Made by a program: the position numbers and the translations under genes. The notes under the pieces are model-generated. The model worked only from the letters and a program-made list of their open reading frames with translations. It did no database searches and was not told the origin of the DNA. From Bilabrum cf. latius (Eukaryota), in contig OZ237755.1 in the NCBI GenBank assembly GCA_965178125.1, positions 744,001 to 808,000 of the forward strand: 64,000 bases of DNA. The letters are read 5' to 3'. Numbering within the stretch: position 1 is the stretch's first letter; each line of letters begins with the position of its first letter. Positions 22,476 through 33,321 of the stretch are shown here, one piece after another.

Positions 22476-25400
22476 TCACGCAGGAGCCGCAGCGACGACG
22501 TTCCTTAACCTCACTCCGTCCGTACGACCGCTTCCATTGACTGAATCCTAATCTACCGCATCCGGATCCCCCCCTCCCTTCTCTTCACCTCCCTCCCCTT
22601 CCAACCCGACCGCCTCGTCGTCGCCGAGCACGTTCCCATCCTCATCCGTCTCTTCTGCGGGCCGGTCGCTCGACACTGGGTACATGCATCGCTGCCCCAG
22701 GTAAAGGAAGAAGATCAGGTCGTCTCGGAACACCGAGATGCGGTGCAGCAGAGGCATCCTGATCACGAACGCAAAGATATCGTCGATGAAAGTGTTGATG
22801 GAACGGTACGCGAGGTGCTTCCACGGCAGCGCCCGCACGCTCTTCAGCCTGTAGTTCACCCACAGCTGCGGAGTCATCGCGACGAAGCCGAACGCGTACA
22901 CGGCACCCACTCCCGCGGACAGAGACCAATCATACCACGACTTGTGCTCGCTGTACACGAGCGAGTGAAGCGCGGCACCCACCACGAGCGGAACCATAAC
23001 AAGATACAGGGAGTGCGTTGCCTCCCTGTCATACTTTGCAGTTCTGGAGTATGTCGCCATGGCGCTCCTCGCGAGCTGCTCGTCGTACCTGGGCCACGGC
23101 AGGCCGAGCGTGTGTCCCCACAGTCCCTTTGAGCCGGTGTGCTCCATCGAGGCACCGTCCCACACAATCCCGTAGGCCTTGCACACCTTCCAACCCTGCA
23201 TGAACAGCATGGCGAAATGGGGCACGGTGACAAGCAGGGAGGCGCCGTTCTCGTACAGGTACAGTCCGATGACAACCTGCATGACGAGGTTTGTTTGCAG
23301 CACGCTGGCGCTGAGTCCCCTGAGCCGCTTGGCGTTCTGCCAGTACTCTAGGTCTGAGAGAAAGCTCAGCACGTCGAGACAGATGTGCGCAACAGAAATA
23401 GCGAACGTGAGAACTAGAAGCCACATGGGAGTCTCAGTGAAAAGCCCAATGACGTCGTCCGTCTCTTTCTCGCCCGCGCTGAGCGCCTCCATCTGGCCCA
23501 TGGCCTGTGACATGATGTCCATAAACATGACCCGGGTGGGGCCAGCCACCTCCACGTCCAGCTGCAGGGGCAGTAGCAGCCCGTCATCGCTTTCATTCAA
23601 GTATACCAGGTGGTCCCGCGTCGGCTTGAGCTCGTTGGCATACGACACGGGTAGGTACCTCACGCCTGAGTCTCTTCTAGGCTGCTGGCCGTCTCGCAGC
23701 CATAGAGGGAGCGAGTCGATCGCCGCGGCATTTGCTTCGAGGTCGGTGCTCAAGGCGTGATCATCGAGCCCGAGCGCCTTACGTGCCTTCCGCACGGCGG
23801 CGGTGGCTCGCTTTGCCCTGGGCAGCTGCACCGTCTGAAGCCTGTATCGCATCAGGGCGGGTACCTCATCCACAGGGTACCGATTCCCGTCCATCACAAT
23901 CCGGACCTGGGCCCTAGAGGCCAGGTGAGGAACAAGATCCGCGGGTTTAACCACCTCTGCTAGCTGCTCCTCCAGATCTTCCCCTTGGTAGCCCAGCCTG
24001 CGCAGCTTGGATTCTTTGGCTCGGAGCGTCCTGTTCCATGCCGAGTGCACGCGTGCCTCTGCCTGTCCCTTCTCCCAGTCGATCCTGGTCCAGTTCTGGG
24101 TGGTGTTCCCTGTCAACAGGAACATTCGCTTGGGGGTGGGCTTGAACTCTGCCTGTCGGATCATGGGGCCGGCGGAGACAACCCTCCGCCAGAAGACCGG
24201 GCGGGCATCGCGAGAATCAGGTCGGGCAACTGCGGCCCCAGCACTGGGGTCCTACTCAACTGGCTCCCTTTCTAGAAGTACGGACACTGAGCAGAGCTTG
24301 GCGCTGCTTTCCTTGCCGGCGTACAGAGCTTGCGCGAAGGATCGCACGGCCGCCGCAGACTTGCCGTTCCACGGCTTGAGCTCGAGGGCACCTCGCGGGA
24401 GCACCCAATGGGTGCCCGACTCGCTGCCCTGGTCCTGGACCCCATGGGTATCCTCTTCATGTGACGAGTGCGCCGTGTCCCCTTCTTCGAAAGACCGCGC
24501 GAACTCCCTCGCTTCCTCCAGCTCCGTGCTCCAGTCGCTCACCTTGCTGCCCCTCGCCCTCCACGCCTCCACTAGCGCCCGCACGGAGTCCTCCACGCCG
24601 TCCTCACCATCGTGCGCTGCACCCTGCGACCGAGCAGCCGTCCCGATGGCAGACACGCCCCATCGCACCAGCGCGGGGATGATCCCGCTGCCCTAGCCCA
24701 CCAGACCTGCCACCGTCTCACCGTGCTCGTCCGTCGCCAGCCGAGGCCCGGGGGTGCCCAGTCCCAGCTGGGTGCGGCGGGCGGTTGCAACCGGGTCACC
24801 AGCAGTTACCAGGGCGCTGGAGCTGCCGTTGTCAAAGGCGCCCCAGCCGTGCCCTCCCGGACCCAGGCCCAGCCTTGGACCCGCGAGAGCTGCCAGGCCC
24901 ATGCCCCTTGCGGTGGCGTTTGCGACCAGCAGCCCCGCAATGCAGTCACGTGCTGCCTGTGCTCTCGCTTCATCTTCACTTTCCGACGAACTGTCATTGT
25001 CGGACGCATCCCCATCGGCTGCACTGCCGCTCCGACGGAGCACGCGGCCAGCTTCGAGGGCTGCCGGGGTGCAAAGCGAGATCGCGGCTTTCTCAAGAGC
25101 ATGGTCAGCCCCCGATATCCCATGTGGCGAGCCATTAAGAGCAAAACCGTGGTCATACACGCCAAAAATGAGCCCTGGGTTGATGAGTAGAGGGCTGTCG
25201 TGCGACCTCCCCTTGAAGGCCGGCCGTCCTTTACAACCGTACAGAATGGTCCGAACGCGCTCTCCTTCCGCCCACACAGGTGCCATTGCAGGTTTGTACT
25301 ATCCATGCTCATCAACTTCAGACAGCTGCGGTGCGACGAGGCCAGTGATCATGTACGCCGACCACGAAAAGTACAAGAGCACCAGTGTCACAACGATCGT

Positions 25401-25559
25401 ACCGAGTGAGCAGTACCCCCAGCAGCATGGTCGCGTAAGACACGAGAGCGTTGAGGTAGATTGGTCGTCCGGACTCTCCTTCAGTAGCTCCGCTACGGTA
25501 ATTTCATCTTTGTTCGAGTCCTGCTGACCTGATGTGTCCTCGCTGCCTACGTGGCTCAT
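22476..25559 (-). CDS. CLPTM1: CLPTM1-family membrane protein (putative lipid scramblase)
   Basis: C-terminal signature GFVAMTPQLWVNYRLKSV..PWK..YRSINTFIDDIFAFVIRMPLLHRISVFRDD, and an N-terminal TM helix. TAGs at 25299, 24693, 24252 and 22548; ATG 25559; TGA at 22476. Confidence 0.88.
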
Positions 25560-25729
25560 TTGCCCGATTCCGTGCAAACTTGGTCACAAGTACAGATAAA
25601 CGATGATTTGAACCTGATAGAATGGCTGCAGTCCCAAGTATACTGCAACAAAGGTCCCAAATAGCGAAATGTTCGGTCGGCTGCTTGTTGCATCACACTG
25701 CAGTCTTCAAGAAGTTCTGCATCCTCGGG

Positions 25730-27142
25730 TCACTTCGCTCCCTTGCTCCGGTTCATGACTGCCCAGCCAACTGCAGCTGATGCTACAATCAGTGCGGTGC
25801 CAATGCCTCCGATGACCATACTGAACGCCCGCCTCGGTCCGCGGTCGCCACCCCACCCCACCCTGCTGCCGTGGCCACTTGTTCCGGGGACGTCACCAGA
25901 CGCTCCGGCCCTGTGCTCAACCACTGGCAGGGAGGCCTGCGCCCGAACAGCTGAATCAATGGCTTTAGCGCGGGCAGAGGATGCAAGCATCACGCCGATG
26001 GCGGCCCCGCCCGCCGCAGCCATCAGAGCAAGTGCTCCGGGCACGGCGATGCTCACACCAGTGTGCGAGCTGCCGTCCTGACCCCCAACGGCGCTGGCCA
26101 TGGCCACCTCAGGCGCCGATGGGGCCGGCCCCTTATAGCCAGCATCTCCAACCGCGCTGAAGCTATTTGTCCCCACCTTCCCGCCGACCAGCAGGTTGTT
26201 CCCAGTCCGGGCCTCCCACTCCCGCGCGTGACTGGACTGCACCCACCAGAACAGACTCGATATGAGGTGGCTGGGCAGGGTCAGCGGCTTGGGTACGCGA
26301 ACGGTCGAGCCTCCCGTCAGGGTAGTCGTCACACCGGCCGGTACCAGCCCCAGCACGACCCGCAGCTGCTGCTCGATCCGATCTCGGTTGGAAGCAGATC
26401 CTCTTTGCTGACCGCCTCCGACGCCTCGGAGAGGATCCGGGTCCGCCACAGCGAGCAGCTGTTGCGGGCACACTTCAGCAATCTCGATGAACTCTCCTTC
26501 CTCTTCCAGGCCCCCGCCAGCGCCGGCTTCCCTCTGCGACGAGCGCACTTCGCAGTAGCACAAATGCTGGGCGTTGCCACCAGTTCCCACGGCCGACGTG
26601 CTGCTACCGACGTAGCGAACGTCAGCAGCAGCCACCTTGTACCCAAGTTCCTCGTGAATTTCTTTGACTGCTGTTTGTACTACAGTAAGTGACGGATCAT
26701 CAAGCAAGCCGGCGCAAGGCTCCAACGTCACGCCCTCCCAGAATGGTAGGCCGCGCCCCCCCTGGCCCTGCGCCTCTGAGAAAATGCTCGCACAACCGGC
26801 GGGGCTTTTGACACTATTCGTCTGCCCCACCGCATTATCGTTCGATTCTACAGCATCCTTCACGGGGGTAGGATAGCTGCTGCCGGCAACTGCTTGTCGC
26901 GCGGCTGAGGTGTACACTGCAGGGCGGAACTACCTAACCAAAACAAACTGCTCAGTGTCTCTATTTAGAACTAATACAGTGACGGATGACATTTGGACCG
27001 TCGCATCCCATACTCTGCGGGCTTGACCCTGCATAAATCGTATTCGAATCGGTCGAATGAAACGAGACCTCTCCTCTAGAGGGGCCTCTTTCCAATCACT
27101 GACAGAAGGTATCGCAGTTGAGCCTTCACCAGATTCCGACAT
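25730..27142 (-). CDS. Nudix hydrolase, NUDT14/UDP-sugar diphosphatase-like, with hydrophobic C-terminal extension
   Basis: SVTVLVLN..FVLVR*FRPAVY (canonical LVKQFRPAVY, TAG at 26930), Nudix box GVTLEPCAGLLD..AVKEIHEELGY, GGGLEEEGEFIE. Ends in TGA. Confidence 0.85.
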
Positions 27143-27226
27143 GGGCGCAAAACACAGAGTTGAGCAGCAATAATGATCGCCTCGGTTGGATGTATTGCTC
27201 GTTCTCGCATAAACAAAAAACGAAAA

Positions 27227-27308
27227 CGACAGCAGCAGGATTCGAACCTGCGCGGGCGAAGCCCAATTGATTTCGAGTCAATCCCAATAACCACTCTGGC
27301 ATGCTGTC
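27227..27308 (-). tRNA. tRNA-Ser(CGA)
   Basis: Acceptor stem GACAGCA/TGCTGTC with G discriminator, anticodon arm ATTGA-CT-CGA-AA-TCAAT, long variable arm, GGTTCGAATCC T-arm, followed by oligo-T Pol III terminators. Confidence 0.95.
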
Positions 27309-27927
27309 ATTACCCTTCTTAGACAAATTAACAATTATAGATCATATGATGTTTGATTGATGAGGGGAGGAAGACCAACTCTGAATAGCTAGGATGAAGC
27401 CCTAACGACTCGATAGCATACGCAAGCCGCAGCTCAGTCGAGGCAAGCAAAATAGCCTGTATCATCCGGTCAAGCCTTCACAGAATGACCTGCTACGGAG
27501 ACCCGCCGCAGCGATGATGCATTTGCTCGTACCCAGTTCCCGCTCAAGGTCGGGCTGCAGGTCCCAGGAGAGGACGTCAGCGAGCTCATTGTCAGCGAGA
27601 GATGAAAGGAGCGTAGCGCATCACTCGGAATCGGAGCGATCGTTCATCGCGTTCTTAGTCTCGGCGCTGCTGCTGTGTTTGCTTGATTCGCTTGTCATTG
27701 CTGCATGCCAGGACTCGTGATTTCGAGCGCTGCGCCCTGTTGCTTTGCTGAACTTACACTCATTCTATTGATTGTCATTGCTCATGCACTGAAGTTCAAA
27801 CGCTGCCAGCCTGTACACGACTCTACTGGCAACCGTAGCGGGCAAGTTGCTCGGAGCAAGTGCTCCAGATTGCAACCAAAGCAGAGCACAACTCCTGGCA
27901 CTCAGTGCAGCAAGAGCCTTTCCCAAA

Positions 27928-29296
27928 TCACGACCGCCCCCCGTCCCGGTCCCACTCAGACGAGCGGCCGCCACTGCTGCGCCGGTTGTCCCTCCTCTGA
28001 CGCCTCCTCTCAAAAGCGGCTGCATCACTTGGCGACAGGCCGTCCATCCCGGACCCCCAGGCGTCACTACCACCATGCGATGCACCTTCCGGACCAGAGT
28101 CGCGACGCCGGTGGTCCCTCGTGTACCCTCCAATCGAGCCCCTGATCGACTCGTCATCACCAGCACCAGCACCAGCACCCACGTCGTCGAGTCCGCCCCC
28201 AATCCCGGAGAGACCCAGCCCTAGCCCCCCGCCGCCCACAGACACGCCACCACTCGTCACACCATCGACGTCGCGTGGGTCGTACACCTGATCCCCGCTG
28301 GACCCACCTGCCCCTGTCCCCCTGTCTCTGTCTCTGCCGCTGCTGCCGTCGCCTCCAAAGTACTCGTCAGGGCTGAAGAACTCGCCGTCGCTGCTCGATT
28401 CCTCTGGCGCCTGGGCAGAGTACGGGTCTCTCAGATCGTCAGAAGGGGCAGGCGCCGCAGATCGCGGAGCCGACCCTGCTGCTCTGCCCGGCGGAGTGTC
28501 GCGGTCGGCTGCTCGTCGCGAGAAGGAGGTGCTCCGGCCGTCGCTCTGATCCGCCTTTGTGCTCGCTCCAGCCTCTTTTGCCCTCTTTGGGAGCTGCTCT
28601 CCAATCAAATTCACGTATTCTCCCATTTGACTACGAGAGGACCCCGTGCTCCCCTTCACGATGTCGTTGATAGGGGCGCCCTCGGCAAGCTCGTAGATGA
28701 TCGTGAGCGGCGCGACAGGGTCTTGACCAGGCTTGCGCTTCTGGTTCCGCTCCGTCGCGACCTCAACGCACTAAAGGTACACGTTTGGATCTGGATAAAC
28801 ATTCTTGTAAGCTTGCAGGGCTGCTTCATATTCTGCACCATACTCAGGATGGCTCAAAACGTACTCCATCGAGGCCATCCTGAACGTTGGCTACCCTTTC
28901 GTGCGTTCAAACTAGCTGCGATACAAATAAGGATGTTTGCTCAATAAAAGAGGAGTATCAATATCCCAATTGTGGGGGCAATGAACCAGCGTGTCCTACT
29001 TACAGTGCTCCGATTGCAGTTGCGACAAGAGATCTGTAATTGCGTACTTTTGGAAACCTCCGAGAAGCTATCGTGCACATGGAATACGTGCCTAGTCCCC
29101 ATACAATTCCACTCAACGCGCCAATCATGAATCCGGCCCTGTGATTCTGAACCATGAACTCGCGGACTTCGCCCCGGGCGGTCTTCTCTTCGCTCATTTT
29201 CTGCAGCGCGAGGTCTGCAGCCGTGAACGCCTCGATGTGTCGCTTCATATTAAAGTCTTTCAAGCTATCTTTGGACAGACCGCGGCTGCTCGCCAT
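27928..29296 (-). CDS. Hypothetical membrane protein; exons 29296-29004 and 28915-27928
   Basis: ATG 29296, hydrophobic GFMIGALSGIVWGLGTY segment. An 88-nt GTAAGT..TCGCAG intron (29003-28916) joins the exons in phase. TAGs at 28912, 28891 and 28771; ends in TGA. Confidence 0.65.
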
Positions 29297-29614
29297 GATT
29301 CTCGCAGATTTGTGCAGGAACGATAGATCTACGTGGTACAAACTACCGTGCAGTGCAGCTTTCCACGGCCAAAGAATTGGTTGGTTTGGATGATGTGGTG
29401 ATGTGGCGGCAGGCACGGGCATGCATACGAATACAGATGAAAGCGCGACACGCAAATGGAGTCCGAGCGTTCTTCCTAGTGGGCCATTCAAGGCGGACTA
29501 CCTGCACAACCCCATCCCACGGCCCACTTGGACCGAGGCCTGCGATGATGCATCCAACCACACCATGATGATGATCCAGACAGCGCGTGCAGCCTCCCTG
29601 CCACCACTGCAGGG

Positions 29615-31201
29615 TCAGCAGTCGGTGCAGGGGGGAAGCAGCCCCCCAGTGCGGCACTGTTCCGGGATCCCATCCTGCTCGCTGCCTGTGCCCGACACGC
29701 TCGCGAACGCGTGGTTGCAGGCGAACCCGTTCACCGCTCCCTCATCCAAGCTGCTCACCGTCTCCTTGTCGAACCTCACGCTGTGGCAGGGTCGATCCGG
29801 GGTGCACTCGAGCCAGGCAGACCTGAAGGCGGGCTTCCCCGTCACCCGGATCCCTTCGTACGAGACATCTTCGATGAGGGGATGCACTCCCGGCTCGGGG
29901 GTCCATGCCTCTTGGCACGCCCTGTAGTTAGAGTTCAAGCCGCTCGTGTTCTGGCAGGCGTAGTACATCTGGATCTCAGAGACGAGGTCAACGGACCTCG
30001 CTTCGATGTTCCGGTATGTGATGTCTCGCAGTGTGCCGTTGGTGTGCGGGTCCATTTTGATGCGGTGTGCCGTGTGCCACCAGCGGGGCACGTACAAGGG
30101 CTCCTGGCCCCAGCCCCCGTCCACCACGGAGTCTTCGAACAGAACACCGGCGGTGTCCAGGCCGTGGGTCACGGTCAGCGGGGTCAGGCATGTCTGGTTC
30201 CGCACTGTGACGTTGCGGGTGCGGCCCTGTGGCGCCATGGAGTAGAATGCGGAGCAGTCGTCTCCGCTATGCACAACGTTGGAATCGTACAGCGCGTTCT
30301 CCACCGAGTCCATGTCAAGCCCGTCCACGTTGTGACCATCGTACTCAAAGGCATCCCTCATCACCGCGTACCTACCAGAGAAAGCGTCCACGAAGTTGCG
30401 CTGCACCAGGACGTTCTTGCAGAGCAATGGGTCGAACGTCCACTCGGGACTCTTGGTGATGTACAGGTCCCGCATCGTGAAACCATCGATTCCGATAGGA
30501 GCAATTGCGTCGGCCCGGGTGTTGTCTTTGCCGTTATTGAACCACCAAGCCTCTCCTGAACCGTCGATGGTGCTGCGCTCCTCGGGAGATCCGAACGCCC
30601 CCGCCCCTCGAAGCGTGACGTTAGAGACAAGCTCGTACTCGGTGCAGAACGGAGTGGCTCCGAGTGTCCGCGTCTTTGTGCCTCGCTGAAAAGTATAGCC
30701 ATACGCATGTGCGAGCCCGCGACCCTGAAACCATGCCTCAATCTCGGATGGATCTGACGTGGAGTTTGCGCACCGAGCGGCGTTGATGAGGCTTCCACGA
30801 TTCCTGCCGCCATGAGGGTTGATTATAAATGCGTAGTCCGAGTAGTTCTGCGAATACTTGACAAATACGCCGAAAAAAAAAAACGCTGCAGAAACACTTC
30901 GTAGTCCATCGGCAAGAGTAGCAATGCAAGCTTCGTAAGCACCCACCTTTGAGCCTACTAGCATGGATCCAGCATCAATGAAGAAGTCAACATTACTCTT
31001 GAGGAAGAGCGAGCCGGACCGAAACGAGTGACGCGACGGGAGAAAGACAGTTGCACCGCCAATCGACGAGGCTTCGTCAATCGCTCGCTGAATGGGAAGT
31101 GTGTCGTTCGCGTGCCCGTCTCCAACCGCTCCAAAATCTAGAACATTCAGTACCTTCGCAGATACGCATACTGCAGATACAACAGCTAGTGCGGCGCGCA
31201 T
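29615..31201 (-). CDS. Secreted glycoside hydrolase family 28 (polygalacturonase-like); probable in-frame intron 30946-30848
   Basis: Signal-like MRAALAVVSAVCVSA, NVLDFGAVGDG..DT..IQRAID, SGSLFLKSNV, TIDGSGEAWW, and catalytic-type NVDGLD / GDDC / HG / RIK. The 99-nt GTGGGT..poly-T..TCGCAG segment looks intronic. Confidence 0.85.
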   Translation of the reverse strand: MRAALAVVSAVCVSAKVLNVLDFGAVGDGHANDTLPIQRAIDEASSIGGATVFLPSRHSFRSGSLFLKSNVDFFIDAGSMLVGSKVGAYEACIATLADGLRSVSAAFFFFGVFVKYSQNYSDYAFIINPHGGRNRGSLINAARCANSTSDPSEIEAWFQGRGLAHAYGYTFQRGTKTRTLGATPFCTEYELVSNVTLRGAGAFGSPEERSTIDGSGEAWWFNNGKDNTRADAIAPIGIDGFTMRDLYITKSPEWTFDPLLCKNVLVQRNFVDAFSGRYAVMRDAFEYDGHNVDGLDMDSVENALYDSNVVHSGDDCSAFYSMAPQGRTRNVTVRNQTCLTPLTVTHGLDTAGVLFEDSVVDGGWGQEPLYVPRWWHTAHRIKMDPHTNGTLRDITYRNIEARSVDLVSEIQMYYACQNTSGLNSNYRACQEAWTPEPGVHPLIEDVSYEGIRVTGKPAFRSAWLECTPDRPCHSVRFDKETVSSLDEGAVNGFACNHAFASVSGTGSEQDGIPEQCRTGGLLPPCTDC

Positions 31202-31380
31202 TTTCGATGGATCCAAGTGCCGACGCACCGCTGCGCGAGCATCGACCCGCACTTCCGGCTTCACCCCGGCGGCTCGCTGAGGCTGATTCGCCGCATGACG
31301 ATTGTATTCATAATGCTTGACCACAATGCAGACTGTCCCTGCCCCCACCCCCCCAACCCCTACCGGGGGCTGCCCGCCCG

Positions 31381-31496
31381 TAGGCACACCCCTCACTTGC
31401 CTCCCTCGCCCAGCATGGCGTCCACCTTCTCCTGCACGTAGGCACACCCCTCACTTGCCTCCCTCGCCCAGCATGGCATCCACCTTCTCCTGCACG
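31381..31496. repeat. 58-bp tandem duplication of the HisIE gene 3' end
   Basis: 31381-31438 and 31439-31496 are identical except for one G/A; the unit covers the last codons, the TGA and a little 3' flank. Confidence 0.92.
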
Positions 31497-33100
31497 TGCT
31501 TCTTTACCTCGCCGCGCCTGCGCTGCACCTTGAGCGCGCGCCGGTCCAGGTGCGCCTCCACGTCCGCAATCGTCACACCCGCATCGGCGCACCGTACCAG
31601 GGCAAAGTACAGTAGATCCGCTGCCTCCGCAGCGACGTGGTCCTTGTCCTCGGCCTCCGACAGCTCCATGCTCTCCTCTACCAGCTTGGCCTGCAGCATC
31701 TTCGGAGACTCCATGAGCTTCTTGGTGTAGCTGCCCGCGGGGGCGTGCTTCTTCCTGTCGGCGAGAGTCCTCTCCAGCGCCCCGAGCCCCTTGTTCTCGA
31801 ACCAGCACGTGTACGTCCCGTGGTGGCAGAATGCGGGCGGCTCCCCCCTCTGCTTCACCCTCACCATCAAGGCGTCCTCGTCACAGTCCAACCGGATGGC
31901 CTCCAGCTCCTGATAGCACCCGCTGGTCTTGCCCTTCTCCCAGAGGCCGCCCCGTGACCTGGAGTAGTACACGCCCCTCATGTCATTGACCATCTTCTCG
32001 ATCGATTCCACGGAGCTGTACACTAGCCCCATGGCCACGCCGGTCAGGTCACACACAACGGTGGTGATGAGGCTGTCGGGCCGATCGGAGCGGGCGCACA
32101 TGGCCACGCACCGGCCGATGGACAGCAGGCCATCTGGGCCCCCTCCCACTGCTGCAGCAGCAGCAGCAGCAGCAGGAGCAGGTGCAGCCGCGCCGCTGCT
32201 GCCAGCACCTGAAGAGGCCCCTCCGCTGGCCGCCCCCCCGCTAGGTTCCCCAGCCGCGGCCATGGCACCGTCAGGAACCTTCGCTGGTGCCGCAAGTGAA
32301 ACTCTAGAGTAGGTATGGAGGGCGTGCACGAGTCGCTCGGTCACTCGTGCAGCGACTGCCTCCCCGCCTGGGGCTCCCGCCTGCTGCTTGGCAAGGGGGA
32401 AGTTGCCGTCCTCTGCAACGTTATCCACGGTAAGAAGCAGCTTGGCGGGGCGGCAGGCGGCTCTGAAGGCGCTCGCGAAGTACGTGAGCCCGTTCGGTTT
32501 CGTTCCACCACCAGCCGGGTCGACGGGTTCTCTTGCGCCAGGCATTTGCTTCAACGGCAGCATTACCACGCCTGCACGTTTGCCAAGATCAGCGAGCGGC
32601 TACCCCAGCCCCGGTTGGACATCATCATCCGTTGGTTTGTCCGATATTGTCTTGCCGTCTTTAACCTTATGCCCCCGCATCTCCTGGACGAACGCATCTA
32701 GCCTTGCACCGGCCGGTCGAACTGCAACTCGTTCCCGGTTCGATAGTTTTACGATATCATCTATTTTCGTTAGGTCTGAATCGGCGTTATCAACGTCAAC
32801 AACCACTCGAAGAAATCCCGCATCCAGGGCCGTCAGCACGAGGCTATCCTGGGAAGCCGGAAGTCCGTCCAGCATTAGCTCGCCAGCGCATGCCAGTCGC
32901 ATCATCCACTTTGGTTTCTGCTTTGACCTGGACGCTGTCTCATCGTACGAAGTCAGAGCCGTGTTCGTCCACCATTCCCCGTCCACCTTCAGGATCGCCG
33001 GGCCAGCGACGCACATTCCCTTCAGCATGCTAGCCAGCTTGTCCCACTGCGATTCATCTGCGAGCTAGTCCTAGGACACCTTGAATACAGGCACGAGCAT
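31451..33100 (-). CDS. Phosphoribosyl-AMP cyclohydrolase / phosphoribosyl-ATP pyrophosphatase (HisIE), fungal HIS4-like N-terminal half
   Basis: SDRPD..TTVV..GLVYSS, YYSRSRGGLWEKGKTSG, DCDEDAL, FCH..TCW, GSYTKKL, KLVEE, EAADLLYF. ATG 33100; TAGs at 33071, 33065 and 32600; TGA at 31451. Confidence 0.9.
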
Positions 33101-33321
33101 CGCTAAATTACAGAGCTAAGCGGCACAGGATGAGCACGGCCAGAGTGGTATTCGGTTCCGTCGGCGCCGCGCGGTGCATTATTGTACGGTGTGCCTTCAG
33201 CCTCAACGGCCTTCTGCAACTTTGACGTCGCCTTGAGAGGTATCTTCCCTATCTAGCTTGATTTCAGCACTGCATCTTGCTTTAACGTCTTTCATTCTCT
33301 GGCACTTGTGGGGGACAGCTT

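Noticed and set aside
27227-27308. The tRNA as the UAG-decoding suppressor
   Set aside because: The anticodon is CGA, with a long variable arm and G discriminator, so it is an ordinary tRNA-Ser. No CTA-anticodon tRNA was seen in this window.
27400-27927. Additional gene between the tRNA and the gene ending at 27928
   Set aside because: Only short motif-free ORFs are present even with TAG read as Gln; not supportable.
31202-31447. N-terminal extension of the GH28 ORF given in the ORF track
   Set aside because: It runs through the 58-bp duplication and intergenic DNA. The signal peptide begins at ATG 31201.
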